Shown: in pieces, positions 13,399-24,072 of the stretch
How the letters are laid out: every line of letters begins with the position of its first letter
How positions within the stretch are numbered: the first letter of the stretch is position 1
Source: Spongospora subterranea f. sp. subterranea
Lineage: Eukaryota
Direction: 5' to 3'
Assembly (NCBI GenBank): GCA_049724395.1
Contig: JAUGWO010000060.1
Coordinates: 310,001 to 344,294 of the forward strand
Length of the DNA stretch: 34,294 bases
Notes under the pieces: model-generated
What the model saw: the letters and a program-made list of their open reading frames with translations, nothing else
Databases searched by the model: none
What the model was told of the DNA's origin: nothing
Translations under genes and position numbers: made by a program

Positions 13399-14202
13399 TT
13401 GATCGTCGGCTGTGATGGCGATCTCGTTCCTCTCAGCAAAAAGATCGTTGATCGGCGCCCTCGTGGCAAGAAGTTTAAAGTGAAGGATGACGTCCGTCTT
13501 TGCCAGTCATGGATATTTGTATCAGAAGATCCAATTGCAGGATCAGACCAGAAACAGGAGACGTTCTGGACTCGGGTAGAAGAACAGTTTAAATCAGGAG
13601 TTGAATCAACTGCCCCTGACTTCAGATCGTGGTCATCGTTGCAGTTTAGATGGTCATGTTTTCTGCCACAAGCTACTGTTTCCAAGTTTTGTGGAATTTG
13701 GCAGTGCCTTCAGAACGAAGAGCACTCGGGCTGGTCTCCCGAAGATTATCAAAGAGAAGCATTGTCGCGTTATGAAGACACTCCTTCCAACAACGTGGCG
13801 TTCACTTCACTATCATCATGGGAGGCACTCAGAAAGTCTCCGAAATGGACGACTTATACCGACCTCATCGGTAAGAAATTGTCTGACCGAAAGACGCCGC
13901 CAAGCACCGAATCGTCGAATAAACCTGACGATCTCCTAACGCCTCAGCGTCCTTATGGCTGCAAAACAGCCAAACGAGCAAGAATCCTGGAGCAGAGTAC
14001 GCCGGATTCAGCCAAAGCAATCCTACGGGATCGTCATGCCGCCGCTGCAGAAGAAAAAAATCGGATACTGGAAGACCAAGTTGCGATCACGCTCTTCGCA
14101 ATGGACAAGGATTCCACACAAAGTCAAGAGTTCTTCTTTTTGAAGCGTGAAGAATATCTTAAACGTTTGCGAAAGGCTCAAGAGGGGACTAACTCTGTTT
14201 AA
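13399..14202 (+). CDS. PIF/Harbinger ORF1-type Myb/SANT-like DNA-binding protein (NAM-associated type), probably 5'-truncated
   Basis: KFKVKDDVRLCQSWIFVSEDPIAGSDQKQETFWTRV...RSWSSLQFRW...WEALRKSPKW...RPYGCKTAKR matches the plant/fungal Harbinger Myb-like protein pattern. It lies tail-to-tail with a Harbinger nuclease. No true ATG start is seen. Confidence 0.85.
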   Translation: MIVGCDGDLVPLSKKIVDRRPRGKKFKVKDDVRLCQSWIFVSEDPIAGSDQKQETFWTRVEEQFKSGVESTAPDFRSWSSLQFRWSCFLPQATVSKFCGIWQCLQNEEHSGWSPEDYQREALSRYEDTPSNNVAFTSLSSWEALRKSPKWTTYTDLIGKKLSDRKTPPSTESSNKPDDLLTPQRPYGCKTAKRARILEQSTPDSAKAILRDRHAAAAEEKNRILEDQVAITLFAMDKDSTQSQEFFFLKREEYLKRLRKAQEGTNSV

Positions 14203-14228
14203 TACATTCGATGTGAAAAACATATATT

Positions 14229-14795
14229 TCATTCATCTCGGTCGCCGCGTAAGCGCCACAGGTGTTCGACAAGGTCGTCTTGTAGTTGCTTATGACGATT
14301 GACATTGACAATTGAACGCAATGGTGCGCGTATGTTTTCATTGTCATTGGGAATAGACTACGCTGGTGTTAGGTAGATCTCGGCGTCGTTGAACAGGTAT
14401 TCGTTGGTTAGCATATACCGATCGCGTTCGTCTTCTACTATCATGTTGCGCAAAATAACACATGCAGTGAAAATCTCACTCATTGCCTCAGCCGACCACA
14501 GCCTGCAAGGCCTGTCAATGATGTGAAATCTTGCTTGTAGTACTACGAATGCCCATTCAAAGTCTTTTCTAGCTGCTTCTTGAGCTGCAGCGAAGTTCTT
14601 GTGTTTGGGCCTTTGAGGATGGCTGACTGTCTTCACAAAGACTGACCATGGGGGGTAGATTCCATCGGCGAGGAAGTAGCCATTGGTGTAATGGTTTCCG
14701 TTGAGTGTATATTGAGCTCGAGGTGTCAATTCCTGCATTAGATTTCTGAAAAATGGATACCGATCCAACAAGTTGATGTCGTTGTTGGAACCAGG
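14229..14795 (-). pseudogene. PIF/Harbinger DDE transposase (Plant_tran/HARBI1-like), C-terminal half, cut by an LTR insertion
   Basis: PGSNNDINLLDR...GYFLADGIYP...QEAARKDFEWAF.VLQARF...ACVILRNMIVEDER, a premature TAG at 14358-14360, then HKQLQDDLVEHLWR to TGA at 14229. Homology stops exactly at the LTR edge at 14796. Confidence 0.92.
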
Positions 14796-14999
14796 TGTAG
14801 CGACTTCGGCTCAATCGCTCGACAACTACACTCGAGTTAACCTTCCGATAGCAGCTCAAATGCAAAGTGTCCTTTATTTAATCCTACGACCGCCCGTAAA
14901 TCGAGGTATTCAATTCTCCAATCGCCCTTAAATCGAGGTATTCAATTCTCCGATCGGCCTTAAAATCGAAGCGCACAATCCTCACACGGACGGATTACA
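14796..14999 (-). repeat. 3' LTR of Gypsy A (204 bp)
   Basis: On the minus strand it follows the polypurine tract GGAGGGGGAAG (15010-15000), starts TGTA, ends TACA, and contains AATAAA and an internal ~30-bp tandem repeat. Confidence 0.88.
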
Positions 15000-16827
15000 C
15001 TTCCCCCTCCACTTGAAGCCTTGGACGGGAATCCCCAGGTCGCGCGCGGCTTCTCGCGCGGTTCTCGTTTTCGCAGCCTTGAGCCACCGCTCTGTCATAG
15101 CTGGTACGTCTTCCAACATGTTTTTGAGAGGTTCCCAAGTTTCGTCGCCGTCCGCCCAACCACGCCATCGTACCTTGATCTCCCAGACGTCGGCATGCTT
15201 CCGTAAGCCCAAGAACTCGGCGACCTCATACCCAGCAGAATCATGAGCGCACTGGTCATATAAATCTGCATCAACATTCAGGCTTGCGTCCGAATAAAAT
15301 TTCATTCGACTGGCATGCCACTTCACGTCTATCATGTGTCACCAGATCCTCGACCTCGTAAATCCAATCACTCAGGATGTTCACGATTCTCGCGGGTCCT
15401 CGCCACTTCGTCTGTAACTTCCCTAGACGTCTCTCAATTTCTCTTGAGATCAGGACATAATCGCCTTTGTCAAAGTTAATCTTTACGACATTTCCTTTCC
15501 TCAACCTCCGATCCCTTTCAAGTTGCCGTTTCTTATCTGTCGACCTTTTTACGGCTTTGTGAATCTCGTCCAATGACCTTCGTAATCCATCGGTCATAGA
15601 TTTGATTTTTTCAGCATCTAGTCGATTCTCCACGACCGTCTGACTTCGATTCGAATATATAGCATCTAAAGGACTGCTGGCAGGCAATCCTGTAAAAACC
15701 GTGATCGGCGCAAATCGTCCAAACCTCTGGCTCGCAGTATGATTCAACGACATCTGCACCAGTGGCAACAGGTCAGGCCAGTCTCCAGATTGTAGTCGCA
15801 ACTCAGATAACAACGCTCGCACCACGAACAGTAAATCGCGATTGACTCGTTCTACTGTCCCATTCGCCCATGGAACGTACGCCGTAGTGAAGTGATGCTT
15901 CGTGTTCAGTCTTGTATTCAACTCCTTCATGACCTCGTTTTTAAAATGTGCTCCCTGGTCACTGACAGTCTGATGAACGACCCCGAATCTGCTAAACCAG
16001 GATAGCAACGCGTTCACCACAACACGATGATCTGCATTCTTGGCTGGAAATAATTCCCGATAGGACGAAAAATCATCTTGAACAACTAGAATATAGATAT
16101 ACGGATTCTCGCCCTTAGCCTTCATCTTGTCCATGAAAAGAAAATCGTAGTGTAACAGCTTATTAGGTCGGTCTGCATGTAATGCTTCCCCAAATGGCCT
16201 TGGTATTACAGTTCCTTTGTTCGCTTCACAATGTAAGCACTCCCGTACAAATTTCAGGATATCGTTTCTCATGTTTTTCCACCAGAACCTTGCTTTCACG
16301 GCTTCTAATGTCGCCTCGACTCCTCGATGTCCTGCGCTGCTGCTGTGGGCAATGATCATAATCCTCACTGCCAACTCTTCTGATGGAATCCAAATCTTCC
16401 CTTCCCCGGTCTTGAAGACATCATCATTATCGGCATGTACACCGTCTTTCATGGTATCGCTGAAAATATGCTCCTTGTACGCGTTCTGAATCGCCGTAAT
16501 TTCGCCCAGATCGGGCCAGACAAACGTAGTCGCATGCAAAGGTCGAACCCTTTGATTGATTGAAACATCTCCAATAGCAGCGGCTCGGCCTTCCGTCTCC
16601 GCATGTTGTGCCCATCGCGTTAGTAGATCAGCCCATACGTTGTCAGATCCTGAAATATGACGAATGCTATACTTGTAAGCTAAAAGTTTGGTGGCCCACC
16701 GCTCAAGCCTGTCGCAAACGTGCCTTCGCTTCTCGCTTGCCCTTTCCGACGGGTCCAAGATATACACTAGGTTTCGATGATCCGTGAATATCACGAATCC
16801 TTTCTCTCTTAACAGAAAATGTCTCAA
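14796..16827 (-). mobile_element. Ty3/Gypsy element A, 3' portion: end of RNase H, integrase, chromodomain, PPT and 3' LTR
   Basis: FTDHRNL, H..SAGH.G...C.HC zinc finger, LHYDF / SDQGAHF / NGTVERVN catalytic triad, KWRGP module, frameshift at ~15318, chromodomain YEVAEFLG...VRWRGW...TWEPL. Confidence 0.93.
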
Positions 16828-16972
16828 TGTCTCTGTTCTCTTTGTTCACCAGAGTTCAGGAAGTCGCACGGGGGCTGGAGGTCTGGTGGTCTACTTCTAA
16901 AAAGGGGGATGCTGCCATGATCAGGAGTGTCTTAGGTATACAAGGACCCCCAAAATGTACGGATGTCGACTT

Positions 16973-17079
16973 TCGAAGAGGAGACCACCTTTATCTGCAA
17001 CAGGCTGAGGGTGAGGCCGTCAGCAGTGAACGCACCTCACCCTCAACCTGTTGAAGACAAAGGTGATCTCCTCTTTCGA
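16973..17079. repeat. Hairpin: 41-bp arms (16976-17016 / 17035-17075, 4 mismatches) with an 18-nt loop; related sequence at 22045-22115
   Basis: AAGAGGAGACCACCTTTATCTGCAACAGGCTGAGGGTGAGG versus the reverse complement of the right arm, AAGAGGAGATCACCTTTGTCTTCAACAGGTTGAGGGTGAGG. Confidence 0.88.
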
Positions 17080-17091
17080 GGCAGATTATGT

Positions 17092-17274
17092 TGTTATGGG
17101 ACGAACAGATCCTCTGATACCCAAGCTACGTTGTATTAACACAGGCGAAGCAAAGAGTTGACAAGTCAGTTTTCCGAAAAGAATGACCTCTTGCAGGTCA
17201 TTCTTGTCAACTCTTTGCTTCGCCTGTATTAATACACACGTGATTATATCAGAGGATCTGTTCGTCCCATAACA
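17092..17274 (+). repeat. Palindromic 5' LTR(-like) of Gypsy B
   Basis: TG...CA ends; perfect 28-bp terminal inverted repeat (17092-17119 / 17247-17274) and inner 34-bp inverted arms with 1 mismatch (17132-17165 / 17203-17236); lies directly upstream of the leader and gag. Confidence 0.8.
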
Positions 17275-17291
17275 GTTTGACAAGAATTATA

Positions 17292-17440
17292 TTCACGGTT
17301 TACGCACCGCTTTTGAAGACCATCTTCACGGTTTACGCACCGCTTTCAAGACCATCTTCACGGTTTACGAACCGCTTTCAAGACCATCTTCACGGTTTAC
17401 GCAACGCTTTCAAGACCATCTTCACGGTTTACGCACCGCT
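17292..17440 (+). repeat. Tandem repeat in the Gypsy B leader, 32-33 bp x ~4.6
   Basis: TTCACGGTTTACG recurs at 17292, 17325, 17357, 17389 and 17421 with near-identical linkers (CACCGCTTTCAAGACCATC). Confidence 0.93.
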
Positions 17441-20400
17441 ACTCCGATCTGCTCTTTTCACATCGTCTTCGCAATTCGATATGTCTAGCCGCGAGCGATC
17501 TGAGTCAGCTCCAGCCAGGCCCACGGCCATCGAGGTTTCCAGGTACCGACGGAACTCCCCAGTTTGCTCAACCTTTGGCGCCGGAGATCCAAGCGGTACT
17601 ACAGGCAGCACTCTCTCAGCAACAGCAACAGTTCCAACGGCAGTTGCAGGAATTGTCGCAGCATTACCAGCAGCGGCTGACCTTGCCAGAACCCAAAGTC
17701 CGCCTCCCAGATCCTTTCGACGGTTCCCGATCCACCCTGCGAGGTTTTATCAACCAAATATCAATGGTCATCACCCGTAAACCCAGGACATACGCCACGG
17801 ATTCCGACAAGGTGATGTTGGTTGGGGACCTTCTCACAGGAAACGCCTTGCTGTGGTTCTCACCAATTTTTGAGAGACGGGATCCGTTGCTCCAGGATTT
17901 TGTCAGATTCATTGACGCGTTACGGGCACGGTTTGAGGATCCGAACAAAGCAGTTACAGCCGCACGACGATTGGAGGCGCTGCGCCAAGGTCGCCGCCCA
18001 GTCGCTACGTATGCCAGCGAGTTTCAGCTGCTGGTCACCGACGCAGGTTGGGACGGCGCTGCGACGCTACACCAGTTCCGAAAAGGCCTCAACGAGGATG
18101 TAAAAGATCTGCTGTTGACCTGCCCGGAGCCCGCCGACTTGCTCGCCCTAATAATGACGGCCATCAGATGCGGCGATCGCCTATGTGAACGCGACCAGGA
18201 GCGGCGAGGTCATTCGCAAGTACACCCACAGCGCCACCCCGAGGTCGATTCTGGGTCCGACTCCATGATGGTCGACTCGTTCAGAACCACCGGCCGCCCG
18301 CAACTGGATGAGTCGGAACGAACACGCCGCCGGGAACACAATTTGTGCAGATATTGTGGAGATGCTGGCCACCCTACCGTAGCCTGCCCCCTATTGGCAA
18401 ACCGAAACCGTTTTTCATCCAATACATCATCATTTTCGACCTATAATGCTGAGCCACCTCTCCGATTAGCATTGTCATGTGTGGATAACTCGTGCGAGAC
18501 ATTATTCAGTTCCCCTATTACGGTCTCATGGCACCAATCCACCCACCTACATTGTTTGATCGACAGTTGCGCGTCCTCTGCTTTTATCGACGCCAAATTT
18601 GCCGAACGAAACAGCATCCCGCTCGTCCGACTTTCTAGACCGTTATCTGTTGAAGTTATCGATGGTCGCAGACTCTCATCTATTACCCATCGAACATTGC
18701 CACTACGACTTGAGATCTCGAGCATCAAATCGTGCACCAGTCTTTATTGAAGGGGCTTACAATCCCATTATACTGGGGATGTCATGGCTTTCACGAACTA
18801 AACCCAAAGATTGATTGGGAGGCCCGTACAATCACCCCACACCTTTCTATTACCGACAAGAGTGCCCACCTGTATACTGATAGGCCATGGCAACACAATA
18901 TATATTCGGCAACAATGACATCGAAAGCGAATGCAGCTTTTCAACGGATATCGAACTCCCCCCAAGCATGGCGAATTCCAGGACGTGTTCGAGAAGAAAA
19001 ACGCTGACCAACTGCCCCCACATCCCACATATGATTGCGCCATCAACTTTAAAGAGGAGACTGGCCCGCTGCTATACAGGAAGGTCTACAAGCTCGGCCA
19101 GACCGAACAAAAAGTTTTGCGTCAATACATCGAAGACAACCTCAAGAAAGGATGCATTCGCCACTTCAAATCACCGTTAGGATCACCAATACTCTTTGTA
19201 AAGAAGGAGGACAAGAGCCTCCGACTGTGCGTCGACTACCGCGATGTCAATAATATAACCAAGAAGGAGCCTTATCCGATTCCTGCTATCCAAAAAATAT
19301 AAATATTTTGGCCCAACTGTCTTCTGCCAAAATCTTCACGAAGATCGCTCTACGAGGCGCTTACAATCTACTCCGAATCAAGGACGACGACGAGTGGAGA
19401 CCGCATGGTGCTGCAAATATGGAAATTTCGAGTATACGGTAATGCCATTTGGGCTAATGAACGCTCCTGGTTATTTTCAGAGGTTTATGAACGACGTCCT
19501 CCGTGAATACCTCGACAAATTTGTGGTTGTTTACCTCGACGACATTTTGATCTACTCGGAGAGCGCGCTGCAGCACGACGTTAATGTTCGATTAGTACTT
19601 ACCAAGTTGCGTTCAGCTGGTTTATTTGCAAAACTTGACAAATGCGTGTTCGACGCTCAGGAAGTCGAATTCCTCGGTTATCTGGTCACCGACAACAGCA
19701 TCAAGATGGACCCAAGTAAGGTGGAGACTATCCTCGATTGGGCGACACCTTCAACAGTCAAGGACGTCCAAAGTTTTCTAGGCTTTGCTAACTTCTACAG
19801 GGAGTTCATCGTAGATTTCGCCAAAATATCTTCTTCTTTGACGTCGCTGACGAAAAAAGATCAACCATTTGATTGGTCAGCCGCGGCCGAGTCCGCGTTC
19901 GTGACCCTGAAACGAGCGTTCACCACAGCGCCTGTTATGAAACATTTTGACCCTATCTTACCTATCATTATTAAGACCGATGCGTCAGACTTCGCCCTAG
20001 GCGCCGTGATTTCGCAACCGCAAATGGACGCGCAATTACATCCTATCGCGCGTTCTCTTCGAGACAATTAACAGATTCGGAATTAAACTACGATGTTCAT
20101 GACAAATAATTACTCGCGATCGTGGTAGCGTTTCAAATGTGGAGACATTTTTTAGAAGGAGCACAGCACAAAATCATCGTATATTGCGACCACAAGAATT
20201 TGATCTATTTTACCTCGTCCAAGACTCTCAGTCGCCGACAAGCTCGTTGGTCATCAATGCTCGCGGAATATCCTTTCGTCATCGTGCACCGACCTGGTAG
20301 TCTATCAGGAAAACCAGATGCGTTATCGCGGCGTCCCGAATACGAAATTCAACCAACCGACCCTATCTGGAAGGTGCAGCGAAGATCTATACTTCAACCT

Positions 20401-22458
20401 GAACAGCTCTTACCTACTCCTGCAGCTACATTATGTGCCACGATAATTAACCCTTCTCAATCGATCGAGGAGCGTATCAAACTTAACCAGCAGTCGGACA
20501 CCTTCGTCCAGGATATCATTTCAAGGCTTCCTGTGACAAGTTTTTGACTCGACAACGGAATCCTCTACAAAGAGAAATCGCTGGTAGTGGTGGGAGAAGA
20601 TTGCAAACTGGACATATTGAAGGCACGTCAGGATGCCCCAGCGAGTGGTCATTTCTGTATTTCTAAGACACTTAACTCAGTACGACGTACCTACTGGTGG
20701 CCTGGGATGTCCAAGTATATTAAAAGGTATGTTATCTCCTGTGACACATGTGCTAGAGCAAAGTCCAGTCGCCATCAACCGCACGGTCTAATCTGCCCTT
20801 TACCGATCGCTGAGGACATTTGGCGCTCGATTAACATGGACTTCATTGTTAAATTGCCGAAGTCTCGGGGTCACGATTCTATCCTGGTGGTGGTAGATCA
20901 TTTCTCCAAAATGAGCCATTTTATTCCATGCACCGAATCGATAAATGGGGCAGGTCTCGTTGTTCTTGACAAATATTTTCAAATTACATGGGTTGCCCGA
21001 CGAGATCATTCCGATCGCGGACCCCAGTTCGTCTCGAAATTCTGGAAACACCTGTTGGCTCGCTTCAAAATTGATCGCAAACTGTCCTGATCGCGACACC
21101 CCCAGAAGGATGGACAGACAGAAAGACTAAATCAAGTGTTGGAACAGTACTTACGCTGTTACATTAAGTTCCAACAAAACAACTGGGTGGATTTGTTACC
21201 AGTTGCTGAATTCGCTTACAATAACGCAGAACATTCGGCGACAAAGATGACGCCATTTTATGCGGTCTATGGTTATCACCCCCGTTTCGACGACGCCACA
21301 TCGTGTTCAGTTGCGACTCTTCCATCGGCCGATGAACCAGTAAACCACATCAATGAAGTTCGGGTGTTCCTCAAGGCAGAACTACAACGCGCGGTGCGAA
21401 ATATGAAACATTTCGCTGATAAGAAACGACTACCTCACCCGAACTACAAGGTTGGCGAAAAGTTTTAGTTGAAATCGGAGGGTATTTCATCTGGCCGTCC
21501 TAATTCTAAGCTGAGTAGTCGAAGATTAGGGCCGTACTCCATTACAGAGATGATCAACCCAGTGACCTACCGTTTATCCCTATCACATGGCAGTCGGCTC
21601 CAGAACGAGATCCCAGAGCGCGTTCAATCTCCACCTCCGCCTCTTATCCTTGACTCTGACCACAAGGACCCATTATACATTGTCAAGGAGGTGCTGGACT
21701 CTCGTTGGTATTGAAGTCAATTGCAGTATCTTCTCGATTGGGAAGGGTACCCGCCGTCGGAGCGATCGTGGGAGCCCGCACGTACCCTTGGTGAAACATC
21801 AGCCTCAAAGGAAACGATTCGTCGGTTTCTTGTGGATTACCCGTCCAAGCCGCGCCCTGGCTGGTAATCTTAGGAAAACTGCGGCGGAACTGCGGCGGAG
21901 CCGCGAAGGTTAGGAATATATGGGAGTATTCCTAACAAATATCGCATCAAATGAGGTGCAAACCGATGAGCGATTTTGCTAGTTGAATTATTCCGAACCG
22001 CTCAGCTCGGCCACCTCTTCATGAAGGTGGCCAGATGAATTTCTGGATGTCGGAACAGGAGATCTCCTTTTGTCTTCAACAGGTTGAGGGTGAGGCCGTC
22101 AGCAGTGAAAGCACCTTTTGGGTCATTTGGTAACTGTGTATCTCGGGCGCAGTTCCTAACAGCCAAGGACATTTTCAGCGCCCGAAATCGCTTCTATTGT
22201 GATTCTTGGCTCCCATTGTGATATTCCGACAAATCGGTTCTATCCCAAGTCCACAAGCCGATTTGTCGTGATGCGTTTTCCCAATTTCAGGAATTGGGTT
22301 TGTGTCAAAGACCCCAACGGAATTATACCGAGAGAAGTTGATTCGACAGCCCGGAGGCTGCGGTCAATTGGAAATTTTCCGATGCTCAGTGTTTTTTTAA
22401 ATCGTCTGAGATCCAGAACCTACGCTGAAGCTCGGGACTGGGAAATTGAACTGCTGTT

Positions 22459-23370
22459 TTATTCAAGGTAGGATAAGATATCCCATAACGGCTCTTCCCT
22501 CAGTAGCATTTGGACTAAATTGGCAACTGCGGTAAAAACAATCGGATGGAAGCTTCTTCCATGGCGAAACAATCCGTGCCCTAGACAGGCAAATATGCGG
22601 ATACGGGCGTTAACGCTTTCATGTCGGGCACCCATTCTTTTCAAAGAAATGTTGATGGCTTTCATGACTGAGGTCCCTCCTGCCTTTCGAAACGCTGTCA
22701 AGAATCGATTATCAACGTCACGATAACCGCTATCAGCGGTGGGTTTTCTCCGGGCATCAACCGTGGCAATAAACATTTCTTCGCGATCTTGAGATCGGGC
22801 CACGACCCACACGGCACTCCACCGGCGATATGTACAATTTTAGAGCATCCTAGAGCAGTGCCAATCTCATATCTTAAGCCGGCACTATTGTGCTTGTGGG
22901 ACCAATCGTCTTTGTTGAACACGGGTCCTTCTGGAACTTTAAAGTCAATTCCGTCTATGTACATCGATGGGACCAGCCTGTCCCACCTGATCCATCGGTC
23001 TTCAAAATCAATCTAAGCAGCTTCAAGAATTCGATAGTCTAACAAATTTGGTGAATCATACCAGGCCCATCTCACTGATTCGTGTAACAACGACTTTTGC
23101 CCACTTCCGAAATGTTTTTTCTTGAACCTTGAATACAGACGCCCCAACTGATTCTGTAGGGTAGACCTTCAAAAAATATAGCCCTATCAAAAGATGTTCT
23201 TTTTCCAGTTTTTCCGGACCAGGTCTTGAAATTCGAGTCCATATTTCAACCATGATGTCAAGGCTGACACCAAAAAACGATCGGAACTTCCGCTTCCATG
23301 ACGGCGTTTGATAAGATTCTATGGTCATGTTCAGAAGAGTCGATGTCCGCAATAGAAACCACGAGGTCAT
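22459..23370 (-). CDS. DDE_Tnp_4-like (Harbinger/IS5-related) transposase, one intron (23061-23013), 1-nt frameshift at ~22745
   Basis: KFRSFFGVS...HLLIGLYFLKVYPTE...EKTFRKW (HTH), YIDGIDF, WSHKHNSAGLRYEIG, GSWPDL, ADSGY, ARHESVNARIRIF...FRH. One A is missing in GGAGAAAACCC. Confidence 0.87.
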
Positions 23371-24072
23371 TCTGCTGTATTATTGGCAGCGAACCCAAGT
23401 CAGTCGAGTTCCACACACAGACGCTTACCGCTTCAAATATAAAACCTGGGCTATCCTTTGCGCAATTTGTGCAATTTGCGCAAATGACGCAAAATCGACG
23501 TCTAAGAAGAGTGTACGCAAATAATCGCAAAACGGGCACATGGTGCATTTGCTGCCAGCAAAACGCAAAACGTTTGCGTTACGCCATTTTAAGAGATCCA
23601 CAGTCTCAACCTCCGCAAAATTGTTTGCGCCAATATATGCGACGTGTCATCAAAAATTGGTCCATTTTCGCATTTCGGTCAACGAGAAAAAAAAGAAAAT
23701 CCAATATTACGCACAAAATGTCACTGTGATCAATTTTGCGGTGGTGCAAAATTGCGCAAAGCCCCAGCAAAAAAACGCAAAAAATTGAGCAAATTAACTA
23801 TCGTTACAAAAAAATGCAAACAATTTTGTAAGTATGTATTGCAATATACACTGCGCAGATTGCGCATTTTGCGCAGGTTGTTCACAGGATGTTTTGGCGG
23901 GCTTTCACGGTGGGGCGCGATATTCCAGCGTCATGACCTGGCTCACGGGATTACGGGAATCGACAAACAGTCTGCATACCATTTTGGCGCCTTTTTCAAC
24001 AGTGACGTTGCTGTGCTGTATGAAGTTGAACCGTGACAAGGAATCCATTTGTTAATTGGAAGCGCTAGCATC

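Larger units (their letters stand above)
17092..21868 (+). mobile_element. Ty3/Gypsy element B, Tf1/sushi-like chromovirus, decayed, 3' LTR missing
   Basis: gag (PDPFDGSR, LRQGRR, CRYCGDAGHPTVAC knuckle), protease LIDSCAS, RT (LRLCVDYR, VMPFGL, YLDD), RNase H (TDASDFALGAV, CDHKNL), integrase (MDFIVKLP, SDRGPQF, RRLGPY) and chromodomain (YIVKEVLDSR...WEGYPPSERSWEP). Many stops and frameshifts. Confidence 0.95.

Noticed and set aside
17092..17102. Similarity of the Gypsy B LTR start (GTTATGGGAC) to the Copia PBS
   Set aside because: Only 10 bp and in a different functional position; treated as coincidence.
17292..17440. CRISPR-like array
   Set aside because: Units are contiguous and near-identical with no unique spacers; it is a retrotransposon leader repeat in a eukaryote.
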